A stretch of DNA of 64,000 nt. Origin: Halocafeteria seosinensis. Lineage: Eukaryota. The translations under genes were made by a program, and so were the position numbers. The stretch spans positions 1 through 64,000 of the forward strand of contig LVLI01000063.1 in NCBI GenBank assembly GCA_001687465.1, in the 5' to 3' direction. Positions within the stretch are counted from its first letter, which is position 1, and each line of letters starts with the position of its first letter. Of the stretch, positions 23,790-37,743 are shown piece by piece. Under the pieces are notes generated by a model. The model was given only the letters and a program-made list of their open reading frames with translations, did not search any database and was not told the origin of the DNA.

Positions 23790-26700
23790 ATGGCGAAATT
23801 TCTGGAAGCAGCTTACAACGGCGATGTGGATACCCTAGATCAACTCTATGAAGGACCAAGAAGTCAAGAGTATACCACTGCTAATACCTCGTTTCAGTTC
23901 CCCTCGACTACTAGCAGTGCGGGCCGCGAAGGTCAGCAGGACCCACCCCAAATCCAAGGAGAAGCTTCCAACAGAACCTTGTCTTCGCCCTCATCTAGCT
24001 CCGGAAAAGGTAGCAAGCAGCAGCAGCAGAGCAAGGAGGTAGACACAAAAAATGCAGTGCATATCGCTGCAAATCGTGGAAACACACTAGCAGTGCGTTG
24101 GATGCTGCAAAATGAATTTGATGTACATAGGAAGACTAAAGTAAGTTGCTGCCACTCTCCGTACGGTATCGTTTATGTTTTATGGAGTTCTACTTCTCAA
24201 TCTCTACAGAAAGGGGCCACGGCGTTTCTTCTCGCTTGTTATGGGGGGCACCAGGAGACCGCGGAAGAACTACTGAGACACGGTGCTAGCCCTGACGATG
24301 CTGATTATGTAAGTAACTACTTGTTATTGGGTAGTATTTTGCTTCAAGAATTTACCAGAACTGAAATTTGCTGGCTTTTCGGTTTTATGCTCAGCTTGGT
24401 CGAAATGCACTTCACTTGGCGTCTCTCGGAGGCCACGTTTCTCTATCCAAGTGGCTCGTGGAGACATGTTCTTTCTCCGTAGAAGCACAAAGTCGGAACC
24501 ACATGCAGCCGCTGCATTTTGCCGCCTTGGCTGGGCATCTGCCAATAGTAAAGTGGCTAGTAGAGGAAAAGGGGTGCTCAGTAGAGGTAGTCTCCAGTGA
24601 GGGGTTGTCCCCCGCTCTATTTGCTGGTGCGCAAGGCAACTTAGAAGTGCTACAGTATTTGCTTTCGAGAGGGAATAACCCACGCCTGTGTGATAAGATG
24701 GGGAGAACGTTACTCCACCTAGCAAGCGCGAATGGCCGTACAGATGTCGTCTTCTCACTCCTGCAAAATTATGGTTTGGATCCTCATCAGAAAGATTCCA
24801 AGGGGAACAGTCCTCTGGAACTTACCGAGGAGTCCCTGAAACTGGAATCAATCAGATCTAACGCCGGCAAACGTCGCACCTTTAAACAAATACATCAGCA
24901 TTTGCGGAATGCTGCATCACCACCAAGCACGCCTGTTTTGCTTGAGGCAGGAGAATCTGAAGATGGGGTGGTGAGAGTGAAGTGGAAAATTCCACAAAGG
25001 ACACCCTGTGTCCCTCCAATTGAATCTTACCAAGTACAGTCGTCAAAAGAATGGTCTCTTGCAGCTTCTAAGGAAATTGTTGTAAGCAATAAGGATGTCA
25101 GCGTACTCAATGAGGCCGGCAAGGAACAGTCCGAAGACGGGGATGACACCGGTGATGTAACCATGTATACAGATATACCATTACCTAAAGGTCTCTTTAC
25201 GTTTAGGATTAGAGCCCAGAACAAAAATGGGTATGGCTCGTACTCCAATAAAATATCTGAAGTCCAGGTTGGACAATCTAGTCCAACTAAGCCGAAAAAG
25301 GATGCTCAGTCGACTCCTGACAGACCCCAGGGGGTGCCAGTTAACGGGGCTTCGCCAGAAGTAGTACCTCCAAGACCCGCACAGACGTTGCCCTCCCTTC
25401 CGAGAGTGGATGTCACTGACGAGGGATATAAAGAATTATTTAATGCTGCTGCCGCGGGGCGCATTCAAGAGCTATCCAATTTGTTCAAACGCGGAGTTAA
25501 TCTTGCTGTTGCGAAAGCGGATGATGGAAGAACTCCTCTGCACGTGGCGGCTAAAAAAGGGCACGTGAGAGCGGTAAGATGGCTAGTAAACGCGTCTGTT
25601 CCGTTACAGGCTGTTGACGACTACGGCGCTACAGCATTTTTGCTGTCCGTGGTGTCGGGACGCACTTTAGTGGCTATTGAACTGCACAAACACGGTGCGA
25701 ACCTTGATGATGCGGATCGGAATGGCTATAATGCGTTAGCTTACGCTATTATTAAAGAGCAATACCATTTATTCAGGTGGCTTCTAGAGGCAGGTGCATC
25801 CAGTACAACTAGGAAAGGGCATTTCGTGGACATCTTCGAAATTATCAGAAAGCGCGCAAAGCAAGAATGGCATTGTACTCTGAACGCAATGATAGAAGCT
25901 TCTCGAGATATACCGCCTACACCACCCCCTCCAGTTCCTGTGGACAGCTCGCGTTTTTCCATCTTTGCCGCAGCCCCACGTATACCCAGTTCTGAGTACC
26001 CAGCTGGAACCACCCCTGTTGAGGAAGTGGAGTTTCAATATTGCAGGAAAATCTCGTTGAATCCTTTTTGGGAAACGGTTGAAGAAAAAATATCTGTTTC
26101 GAATGACTTCAGTGAGTACGTGTATGGGGGCAAGTATATGGCCTCTTTCGACCAGAACAATTCAGGTAATGTGCCTATGAATGGAACTCTGTTGCCGAAC
26201 CCCGTGGAGGGTATCTACGGGGCTGTAATAATTCATAACTTAGTGGTTAACGTCTCCTATTTACTAAGGATGAGAGTACGCAACAAACGTGGATGGAGCG
26301 AATTCAGCGTAAAGTCAGAGGAAATAGCGACGCGCAAAAGTGAAGACCGGCATCCAATTCTCAGGGATCCTTTAATGATGAAGCTACGGAATGAGATCGC
26401 ACAAGTGGAAGCACGCTCTGGCAAAATGGGCGTTCAGCGAATAATTAACTTATCTCAAGGGGAGCTTCAAAATGCTGCCAGAAGGGGTGATGATCTTCTA
26501 TTGAGTACCCATCCAAGCACGGTAGCAGTTCGGAATTGTTTGGTTAAAGTAGTCTGCACAAAACTCAATGTTCAGGAGGATGATATGGTCAGTTTGCTAC
26601 AGGAGTCTCTCGAGGGTGGACAGCAGATTACCGACTGGGAAGACGAATCAGATAATGCGAAGCAGTGCAAGCTTAACTATATCCACTTGCTCTATGTTGC

Positions 26701-28060
26701 ATGTAATAGCGGTAACGTTGGGCTAGTGCGCAAACTACTTGGTGTCCGTCTATTATCCCCCAGACAGGAGGGTATCGAACCAATGTGGCTAACGACACAG
26801 TGGACGCACTATGCTTATACCAGTATTCAGACAATTTACAGTTTCTTGGGCAAGTTGGAATCCTGTGCTTTCTCCTTACTTCAGGCTGCCGCGGCAGCAG
26901 ACGTGAAGTTGCTTTCTGATGAGGATAGTATCACTTCATTCAAAGCCACTTTTCTTTATCTAGCGGTTACTCAATTCTGCAGCCAATCAACCGTCGACTA
27001 TAATCCTGATGCTCCGGACTCATCCGTACAGGGGTTGATGGCGAATCTCGAAGCCTGCGATGGCTGTGACATAGTTGAAAAGCTCATCAAGGCCGATAAC
27101 GGTTACAGCATCCCACAACTGGCTTCTTTGACTGGAAATATCGCTGTTCTGGAAGTTTTGGGCCAGCTTTCTACCCCAATGCAGAATATTGAAAAAGACG
27201 CCGAACACCCCATATTCTTTTCCTGTGTTGCACCGGCGCTGATGTGCGAGAGGAAGAGTGGCTCCATTTGTTCTTCTTTGCAGTTCTGGATTGCTTATGA
27301 TGAATCACTACTTGAGTTAAGAGATAATGCAGGACGTAATCTTACGCATATATGCGCTGGGGCCGGAGATATTGACAAGTTGCGTTATTTGGAATCGTTG
27401 AAAGGGTGCCATGACTTGTGGTATCAAAGAGACGAACGAGGGTGGTACACTATCCACTACGCGGTTTGCTCAGAGTCATCGACATGCGTCGCATGGCTGC
27501 TTCATCTCTATATGCTCAGAGGCGATTTACCGGAGAATTGTGTCAGTAGCTTAGAAGGTTTTGCTCAGAAGCGAGGGAACCCAATGTGCACGTATTTAGT
27601 AGATACCTGGTCTGCGCCTCCACAGGTTCTTCATATGTATTTTGACACGTCCCAAGGCTCGATACTCCAGCTGGGCTGGAGTCTTTCCCCTGTTCCCCCT
27701 GTCACCGATGAGCTGAAGGTTCCTCAGTGGCCAGTGGAAGAAATGGAAATTCAGATGGCTCCTTGCAACCCTGAACTGCTGAGCGTTGAGGACGGCGAAC
27801 TCGTGGGTGGGTGGTTGGATGTGGACATCACGAAATTGCTTGCACATCCTTCGAAACTAGCCAGGTCGTGTTTCGCGTTCGATCGTCCCAGTGAGAATGG
27901 CTTGATATCTCTGGCTGTTGATTCTGAGAGAATCCGTTCAGGTGCGCCTTGTTTTCTTCGGCTGCGAGGTAGAACCAGACGGGGTTGGAGCTGTTTTACG
28001 ACTTGGAGTGAAGTCCGTTTTGAAGGGGTACCGCAGGGAGAGCAATCCACGGGTGAATGA
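23790..28060 (+). CDS. Large ankyrin-repeat and fibronectin type III domain protein, two 5' introns
   Basis: Repeated TPLHxAA-type ankyrin motifs in three blocks, each followed by an FN3-like unit (FRIRAQNKNGYGSYS, LRMRVRNKRGWSEFS, LRLRGRTRRGWS). Confidence 0.85.
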
Positions 28061-28572
28061 TGAGCCCAATGCCCGTCCTAGAGACTAGCAAAGTATTTGT
28101 TCCGTTTTGCTTTTCTGCCATAAACTAATTGACGTATGAACCTAGCCAACAGAATACACGAAGATGTCTGCCGATATTCATAGACTGCTGATACCTGAGT
28201 GAGTGATGCAGGAGCCTTCCTGGTGCAGTATTCAACATGCAGACCATGCCCGAGTCCAACAAATTCCCACTCGTATTCCCCACGCGCAACTGATTGTGGA
28301 CGGTGGTACTACAACTTGTCAAGTCAGTTAGTTCGGTTCTTGGTCGCACGAAGTGCGACCGACAAACGCAGTACAACGGTAACCTCTTCTTGCGACAGCA
28401 GCTGGTCGAAAGTTGTTGCTGTTAATGATGGGTGTTTGTTACTGTATTCACGTTTAATAAAGCAGTGGTGCTCTTCTCTTCCATTGTATCTGCGCACGCA
28501 TATTCATCGTTATCGCTTTGATACCGCGTCAGTGGTCGTCTTCTTCGAGTAGGAAGTGTGCAAAAACGAAAT

Positions 28573-31500
28573 ATGCCTTTAGTTTCGCCTACATTCAGCC
28601 AGACAGCCGCGGCGGCTGCTCGCGCTAATCCGAGTATATTTGCGCTGGGGGACACCCCGCAACACGTTCCTTGCAGCGATGATTCTGGAGTGATGGACAA
28701 GAATGACCACCATAGTGCAATCGATGGTAATTTCAGCTACTCTGCTACAAGTGTGGATGAGAACCAAGGTTTATCCGATATCTCCTTAGGGCCCATCGAA
28801 TTCGAAACACAGGAGATTCCGGACGTCGATAACTACGACAGTGAACTCCAGACACTCCTCTCGCTCTCCAATGAATTAGCCGACATTGTTCGACGGGGAC
28901 AACGCTACGTCGACAAGCTGTATTCGTACCGGGGATGCACTATGTCCATTCCTCAGGTTCCCCATGGTGAGGAATCGAGATCGCATGAACTACATACGAA
29001 GGTGTTCCAGACTCTGCGTCCGCGCGTGGAAATACTCTATGAAGTAACGGATTTCAAAGATGAGGTGAAGCAAATGATTTCCTATGCTGTGGAGGAACTC
29101 GCTTCTGACAAATACACCGTAAGTCTTTACCACCGGAAGCTACTTTCGCCTATAGCTTGGCACCGTAAAACTTTGGTTTAACGGGCGAGTACTACGGTTC
29201 AGGTTATTCCCTCTCACATCGGAAGATTGCTGACGCTACTATTCGATATAGCACTCAAAATAGATACTCTGAAAGACGTCAAATCCGGTGTGAAGAATGA
29301 AATGAGTCAATTTAAAAGGTAATGGGCGCTTTATTGTGGTTCCTGGTATGTAGCTAAACATTTCTGAATTGTACGGGATTCTGCGTCGGATGTTCAGGTC
29401 GTTCACGGTTGTTCGCTCGGACGTGGAAGACGCGGAACTGATTGATGCCAGGAATCAAAACACTCAACAGTTTTTGAATACCCCTGGTGTGTTCTTGCAT
29501 GAGTTGAATCAAGAGCTCAAGGAGTCTACAGGGTGTGTGCTTTGCTGTCCTTGCGTTGTTGGAATATGCGTTGTTCACGTAAGCGGAATTTTCCAGGTAC
29601 AAAATGGTTCTTAAGACGTTGCTTCGTAATGTTCTAGGGAGGATTCAGGAGGGGAATTATACCAGTCCGTCAGAAAAACACCACAACATCCGCAGCCTAG
29701 GAATTCTTTTTGTCTTGGTGGATGAGATTCCTGGTAAGTGATACAGTGTAATCTCAGAACAGTGCGCGTTAAACTCGCATGTCCACCGGCTACACCTGTA
29801 CTCTCCAGAGCATACTGATAGGCAACGAAAAGGCTCAGTATTTACCGATAGAGAAATTGAGCTGAGCGAGATCTACAAAGTTTTTAAAACTTACCCGGTA
29901 GGTTTAGCTACATACTTACTTTCTCTCTTCGGAGTATGCAATCCTCCGAATATTTCCACAGATAGTTCCTCTCGTATGGGATATCCCTTTGCAAATGAGG
30001 CTATTGATCACGAGTGTAAGTCTCAATGGCCTGTAGTTGAGTGCGCAATCAAAGCATAGTGGGATTGTGTGTGCACCATTCAGGCAAAGTCCGGCACTGA
30101 TGCTGATTACGAAGCTGCGCTTGGGTCCGACTCCCAACAGCAAGAGGCTAAGTCAAACTTAAGCGTTGCAAAACATTGGCAGACAATGCGGGAACAACAT
30201 CAAGCGTTGATGGTGCGCCTCACGAACGTGATCGCCAGGGTGAAACGCGAAAACATATTTGGAAACACGTTAGGAGCAGACCTGCCAGGAGAACCACCTA
30301 GTATTGTAAAGGAAACTTGGAACGTAGGTAGACTTAATAATTGTCAAATCACATAAAGTTGGCAAATAACACCCCTTGCTTGGTGACTTGGCAGGTCGTC
30401 GTAGAAGCGTTACAGCTTCTATCCTCGTGGAGTTCGCTGCTACTGGAAGAGAACGCCATTAAGCATGTCAGCTTGAGCCCAAACAAAGATCCTAAGTCCC
30501 CCTATTTGGAGTACGAGCGTGCAATACGGTATAACTATACGCACGAAGAAAAGATTATCCTCGTGGACATGGTAGGGATGATCAAGTCCACTGCCTCATC
30601 TCTCACGAATGCGCGAAACGAGCTGGATCCTGTGCTTCGACTCCACTGTTTCACATCGATCCAGTGGTTCGCTCATGGACTTACCACCGACCAGATGACG
30701 AAGGTATGCTCTCTCAATACCCGAATCAGCTACGTTGGGCTGACGAAGACCGTTGACTGCAGGCTCTTAGACAAGGTGACAAAGAAATATATCCTGCGAT
30801 CAAACGGGTTCGGACTATTGCAGCGGAGTGGAGTGAAGCATTCCATGGTGACTCAAGCGCTCAAGAAAATCAGCATATGTATGTTCTCGATGAATTGGCT
30901 GTTTCAGATGCTAATTCCACCTCGCTATGTCGATTACCCTGCAGGAACGATGCTCGCTACAAGAAAAAGGGTAGCACCATCAAAAAGACTCCCACCAACC
31001 TCCCTTCGGGTCGCGTAGTTGGTTTACACCCTGCTCAAAACTACAGTCTGCGAACCGCTATCGAACTACTAGTGGACCCTGGGAGCAAGTATATGGAAGG
31101 AGGCACTGGATTATTATCTCGGAAGAAACCGATGATGCGCGAAGGTAAAATCGAAATGTTCCGAGAGTTTAATCGAGAGCTTGCGCATTTCGCACCTGTG
31201 TTGGAGCTTTGTGGTGCCGTCCGCGAAGCCACCAACCTCGGAGCGCTGTGGTTTCGTGAAGCTTATGTCGAACGGTAAGTGTTGCTGGGGGAAGCATCAC
31301 CTCCGCCCTGCCTTACCAATTTTCTTGGAAGAATGCAGATGTCAAGTTGTCCAATTTCCTGTAGAATGTTCTCTGCCTTGGATTCTTCTCGATACATGCG
31401 TTGACGGCGGCAATAACTCGTTCATCTGGAATGTCTTCTATATATTCGACGTGTATAACGATGCAACCCAAGTATCACTGTACGAATTCCGAAAGCAGCA

Positions 31501-33872
31501 TCTCTTCGATGAGATCGAGGCAGAAGTTAACCTGGCCTTCGATCAATTCTCCTACCTCTTGTCGGAGAGTGTCTTTGAGAATGCGAAGAAAGCTGCAGCT
31601 GTAGATGTAAGTCATGCTCTTGAAGTGCCCAATCTTCTTGAACACCACTACTAGTTAGGTGCTGCAGATGTTCTCTCCTGAAAGTAAGAAGCACTGGGGG
31701 CAGTATGCATCTCTACTGAGAAAGCATGATATGCCATTGAACATCAAAGCTAGCACAAGAGGGAAAACTGACTCTCCAAGTTCCGGACATAAGCTTGATT
31801 TCACCAAGTTCTTGAAAGTTGTATTAAGCCAGCCTAATGTAAATATCCTTGGTCGGAACATTGATTTTTCATTCATTTTGACCCATCATATCAATAAATT
31901 GGTATGTGCGCGAACCGTTTCTGGTCTCAAGGAGTTGACTACAGATGCATGGCTTGCGTTCGCAGGTGCGCCAAGATATCGAGACCGCTTTAGAAACCTT
32001 TGAGGAAGACGTTCTAGCGGGTGTCATTGATTACGACATCATCCTACAGATCGTTAGGAAGTGCCACGGTGAACTCTCCGAATTTCTCCAACTTGACGAA
32101 TTTTCAGTGGTCCTGGAAGAAGTTGAATCGTTTCTCTCCCCCTACAGCGGTCTTTCCCGTTCGCTGCTTCATGTGATTGAGGAAATTGGGATCGATTTGT
32201 TGCCTTACTTTTCTTACTCTACAGTGAATCGGAGGTTTACTCGCACCGGTGGTGCTAACATTCAAAACGAAATTGCTTCGAATGAAACTATGCTGGAAGC
32301 GGTCGCCATTGAGGAGTCGAAAGCGCATTACAGAAAGGGGAATAAAATGAAGTCCCGTCGTTTTCAGATCTTTGGAGCGAATGAAGCTATGGCTCTTGGT
32401 TCCTCTACGCTTTACTTGAGGAATTTCATAGGTATTCAACATGTCGCTGCTATATCCAGGTATGCATGGTCCCCTGCGACTTTTGAGAAGTCTTGATTCT
32501 GGATACGGTTTGCGGTGCTGCTGTTACAGGGTTTGCGGTGCACAGGGAGTGGCACGCCTGGTGAATGAGTTAATTGTGTACATCAAAGAACTTTTGAATA
32601 ACGACTTTGAAGCTTATTTCGGGGTTCTCCTTGACGGTTTACCCCCTACCAGTTTTCCTAGGTATGATCTAGGTTCCTCGGGAGCATACGTTGTTTACGA
32701 AGCCAAACTGAAGGTAAGAGTTGTTCAAGGTCCTCAATGTTGATGGCACTAGTCCTATGACACATTCTGTTTTAAATTTGCAGCCAATGCTAGAGTACGT
32801 TGATCTAAAGCCTTGCGTGTTTCATATGATGAGAAAGATCGGAAACGCTGTAGCTTTTGCTCAACTCTTGGACGGGGTCCTTGCGCGCCATGACTTGCAA
32901 CAGTTTTTCCACCTGTCGCCTTTTATATTCCCCCCCGAACACGCAAAAGGAGGTTCATCATCCAGCGAGAATGAGAAAAGGTACCAGCAGACCCCCTTGC
33001 AGAGAATGACAGAGACATCTGTGCAATTATCCGTAGAGACGGGCGCTTCAAACACTCTCAAGTATCCCCAAGACAATTTCTTAACTGAGATGGCTGTGCA
33101 CTCTCAAAATGTGTATAGCAGCACGAAGTATCCAGTACCAATCCTTGCCCATGTATTACACAGTCTCGCACATATGCTGTATGAAGAAAAGGCGGAGGGA
33201 GACCAGGAGCCACTTGCGAATCGATGGGCTTCCCACGTTGGCTCAGCCACCAATGAAAGTCTCGTTAACTTTGTCGCCGGAGGAAACAGTGCTGAGTTTC
33301 ATCGCCTCTGGTCGACTATTTTGTTTGTATTCTGCATGCCGAGTACAGTATCTGGAGTAGAAGAATCGGGAACGAAGAAGTCAGAAAGCGTCCCGGGTTT
33401 AGACTATCCGGAGTTCGGTGATGGATTCCTTTGGGCAGGTGCCCTCTTGCTTCGGCTGATGAATCAGTGGTCGCGGTTTCGGCTGTACGACTGGACCAGT
33501 CATTGTAAGTACAAATCCTTTTTCCACTGTGAGGCTCATATGATTAAATTTTAACGTGAAGCGCAATGAAATCTTTTCGTCGCAGTGCTGGATATATCTG
33601 ATTACGAAAGCGACGAACTAAGCACTGGTGCTTCAGCATCTCACAGCGCTGATGAGGAATACAAGCGTGCTGCAACCCTCTTCAAGAGAACAGCTGAAAA
33701 AGCGTTGCCTGTACTGGAACAAGCATACGTAATGATGGGCGCTAAGCTTCCTTCACCTCTACCAGACATGAGCGTCGATCTTCACAACTCTGCTTTGAGA
33801 GATTTCGAATTCGACCCCCCGGAAGAAGATACACCAGGTGATAGAGTAGAAGAGAAGTTTGTCGTCAAGTAG
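28573..33872 (+). CDS. CYFIP: CYFIP/Sra1/PIR121, WAVE regulatory complex subunit, many short introns
   Basis: LYSYRGCTMSIPQV, YERAIRYNY, NLGALWFRE, QFPVECSLPWIL, KQHLFDEIEAEVNLAFDQF, EFHRLWS, FGDGFLWAG. Confidence 0.93.
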
Positions 33873-34205
33873 TGCAACAAGAGCCTCGTGGACAGTTCCA
33901 CGTCACCAGTACACTTTGTATGCACTTAACCGGTATTGAAAAATGGTTTGGCGGGCTCGAACAGCTTATGATACCACCACGATAGACCCCGTTCTGTATA
34001 TTTTATTGAGTGATTCTTACCATTCCCATTAATTGATCCCTCATATTTTCATTTCGTGTAATACGCATCAGCGGCAGCTCTAAACGTCTAGCCCTCAATG
34101 CTAGCGACCTTTTCTTCTTGTGAATTGTACCGTAGAATGTAAGCATTGAATAAACATGCTTTTACCTCATTTGACTCAATTGGAGAGGAACGCACCAGGA
34201 ATCAA

Positions 34206-35120
34206 TCACAAACGTTCAACCCTATCATTGGTTACCTCAACGTTCTGCTTCTTCAAGTCTTCCATATCTACTTGAGCATGATCAAAATCACAGTTGTGCT
34301 GATCAGCATGACGATGTTCGGAGCAAAAGACATATCCACAGCGGCATTCGAAGCCTAACAGATTAACCTTCTTCCGGCAGCTCCAACATCGTTTGCGATT
34401 CTTCTGTACTTTCTTCGCCGGCGTCTCATTATCGTTAGTTAAAGCTTGCGTTGGGTCCGCATCATCTTGTTTATCGGGAGTAGCAGTGGAGTTGCCCAAA
34501 GTTTTCCCGGTAGCGGACGCTGTGCTTTCCGTTGCTCGCACCTCATTCGACGATCCTGTGGCGTTCAGACCTGATGAAGACGAGAGATTATCCGTAGACT
34601 CACCCATCACGGTGTCATTGGTGCCACCTGAGGCAGAGGTACTCGACGTATGTGCTTCTGCAGTACTATAAACTGGAGCTGCATAAACCACAATTAGCAA
34701 ATTAGTATGTAATGATAAGTGACGTCATACGGATGGATCGTGTCTAGAAACGAACAGTCCTGCAAGCCAATATTGACCCTCGATCCTCCCTTTAGTTCAA
34801 GCATCAAACACTTATAAAGAGAGCACAAAACAAAACGAAATCAACACCCGAGCCCCTTCCGCACACCTTCTATACGATCCGTCAAGTAAATACTCGCCCC
34901 GAACTAGAGCAAATTCAACCCCAGGGAGGATTCCCTGGAGCAAAACAACGATATGACACTTACTTCGCGGAGAACTCTCGTTCTCGGATTGTCTGTAAAA
35001 GTCTTTGTAGCACTTGGAACATAGTCCTTCAGTCTCTGTGGTCCCATAAAAGGGGCAGCCGCTATTACGGCAAGGGAATGGCTCGGAGCCAGGATTGGGA
35101 TTTTGCTGTTGCCCTTCCAT
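34206..35120 (-). CDS. A20/AN1 zinc-finger stress-associated protein (ZFAND5/6-like), one ~285-nt intron
   Basis: A20: CRNSGCPFYG...GLCSKCY; AN1: CWSCRKKVNLLGFECRCGYVFCSEHRHADQHNC. Confidence 0.92.
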
Positions 35121-35931
35121 ATCCTTTCTTCCCAGTATGTACGTCTATCCAACCTCCGAATGACGTGGAATATTCACAACTTAATATATATGGGCTGTTA
35201 TTCGCTTATGAAGCGCTTGAGAACCTGCATGCAGCATAGAGAATTCCGTCCGTTGCTGAGCTCAACCTACGCAAAAATTACAAAAAGGGAAACAAAGGGG
35301 ACCGGAGCAGCCAACACCGCGTACTTCAACAAAGCCCTCATGCATTCTCATACACCGTATTTGGGTACCCCATAGACACGTACCTCGTTCAAAAACTGTC
35401 AAAAAATATATGTGCCTTCAAAGAAGAATTTGGAGAAGTGACCGATAACAACGCGTATAGAGACAACTCTGGTACTGTTCTTCACTCTGGCAAGGAAGCG
35501 TGCGAGCTCGTCCATCAAGTGCTTCACATCCGCGCTTCGCTTAGTCTGTACAGTGTATGTGCGAAGATCCCGCACATAAAAACTACTGGCTCCTCATTGA
35601 ATGTGTGAGAGCCAAAATTGGGTTGTGTTGTCCGCCTGGATCCAGAAATTCATTCATGAACATGGAGTTTGTATCCGCAGGGGGCACACCGTTGCAACTC
35701 GCAGGTTGCCGTGGAAATTGTGATCACTTTGTACACGGTAGTCTTGATCAACGATAAGACGCCATAAACTATGTCACACTGGTTACGACTCGTCATTTAT
35801 TATTTTCTGAATTGTGCTGTACCGGTAGTTTCAGCGATGCACTTCGCATATCTCCTGTACTTCACCGTATCAAATTCTTCGTTGTTAATTATCAGTAAAA
35901 TTATCTTTACCAAGCCGATGGCAACTCCTGC

Positions 35932-37511
35932 TTATTTATTTTTCTCAATATATTGTCGATGTATTTCAGTGAGTCGCTTCATGAATGTGCCTTCAATGGT
36001 CGAGCCATCTCTTTTCCTTCGTATCGTTTCTACTCCCTCATCTTCCACTTCGCTCTTCACCAAATGAACTTCGTCGTATCTTCGGGGTAGGAGGTTGGCA
36101 ACTACCACATCTGGGCGGTACTTGGCCTTAGCTTTTCGTGCTTTATCTAGTAACAGCTCAGGATCCGTTTCCAGCTGCATGACACCATAGCGGATAGAGC
36201 GGTTGTACGAACGTGACCGCCAATTCCAATGCATACCTTAAACGAAACCAAATACCCTCTCGGTGCCCAGTCCGATTTGAAGCGTAGAAGTACTTTCGGT
36301 ACAGGAGACAGTTCCAAAACCAATTTTGATGAGCCTCCACTACTCTGAATTTTGTGTTCAGTGAGATCTTGTGGCTGCATCACGTTTGAGTCAGAATTCA
36401 AATAGACAGCCAGATAAAAGAAACCGTCTATGGGGCACTTACGGGGACGTAGAAATCGCTTACGGCCGCCGCTAGAAGAAACATGACGTTAGAGCCGAAC
36501 TGACCGAGCACCTTTCCTCCCAGATGTAAGAGTTGGAGGTACTCAGTAACAGATTCAAAATCCATCTCGAGGAGCCTTCCTTCCTCCTTGTACCTCTTAA
36601 AGTTTTCTATCGCTGTCCGGTGGCGCTGAGACATATTAAAGGCTGCGATTCGACCGAACTACGTGTAACATTTGTCATAATAACCAGCAACAATGACAAA
36701 GCACCAAAAATGCATCCAGGTATAGCCAGTAAGATACCGGCGAAGCACTCACCTCGAGCACTTTCGTTCGAACTTCCATTGAAGTGGATATGAAGCGGGA
36801 GGTCCTTAGCCCATGAGTCCAGCTCACGAATAAAGGGGCGCTTACTGCCCTTGCGATGCAAAAAGATGACGGCGTATCCCTGTTCCAACAGCTCTCTGGG
36901 AGAAACGTCAACAAAGGAGCGAAATCCATAGCACCCCCATAGATACCATAAACGGATACACTTACTCAGCGCACAGAGAACCCCTCGTTCCTGTGCTAAA
37001 ATTATCAACAAATCGCACTGTATTAAGCTCCAATGGCACCTTCGTGCCTCCAGATGTAATGAAGGCCACAGGTTTCCCATCAGCTATATTCGTGCTGGCG
37101 AAGTCGTGCAGCATAGACTTGACATGTTCGCTCGACTGCGGGCGGGGGACAACCATGTTGTGCCAGCTTGCACCTTTCATTTAAAGGATTCAACAATTTC
37201 ACACGACTTACCCCATGTGCCCCAGCTTGATCATAAAATTTTTGAATCCGTTGCTCTTCCGAGATACTATCGATTGATTCGTCATGAGCCAAATAGCAGT
37301 AGCTTCCAAAACTCGCTACCGTGGCCCCCAAAAACAAAGCCTTCATATCGTACTGCGCTGACAATACGCGCCGCTTCATCGCGGGTCCAGACGCTCCATT
37401 TTCGGTCCTCAGTCTTCCATACGAAGGAACATGAGTGGTAGAAAGCGGCGCGCCAGTACGATGGAGGCCCTGATAATATGGCCGTGGGCCCCCACGGATG
37501 ACCGATCTCAT
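35932..37511 (-). CDS. PPCS: Phosphopantothenate--cysteine ligase (CAB2/PPCS), spliced
   Basis: ITSGGTKVPLE.NTVRFVDNFSTGTRG, LAAAVSDFY, HKIQS, VSFK/LETD, VVANLL. Confidence 0.92.
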
Positions 37512-37743
37512 TGTGACTTCTTCTGCTTCATGAATGCCGCATTCTCGACTGTCACAAATGCACAGACATTCACAAACCATTCCCCAGTGTGCGATAGCTA
37601 TGTGTTGCAACCTCGTGCGAGCCAGCGTGACAAGTTGAAGTTACTTTTGACATGGCTGAATTGTTATATTTATAGGCATCAGAAACGTATTTTGTGCCAC
37701 GGGAGTGGCATAGATAGGATGGTGTCGATATTGTGTTACTAGA

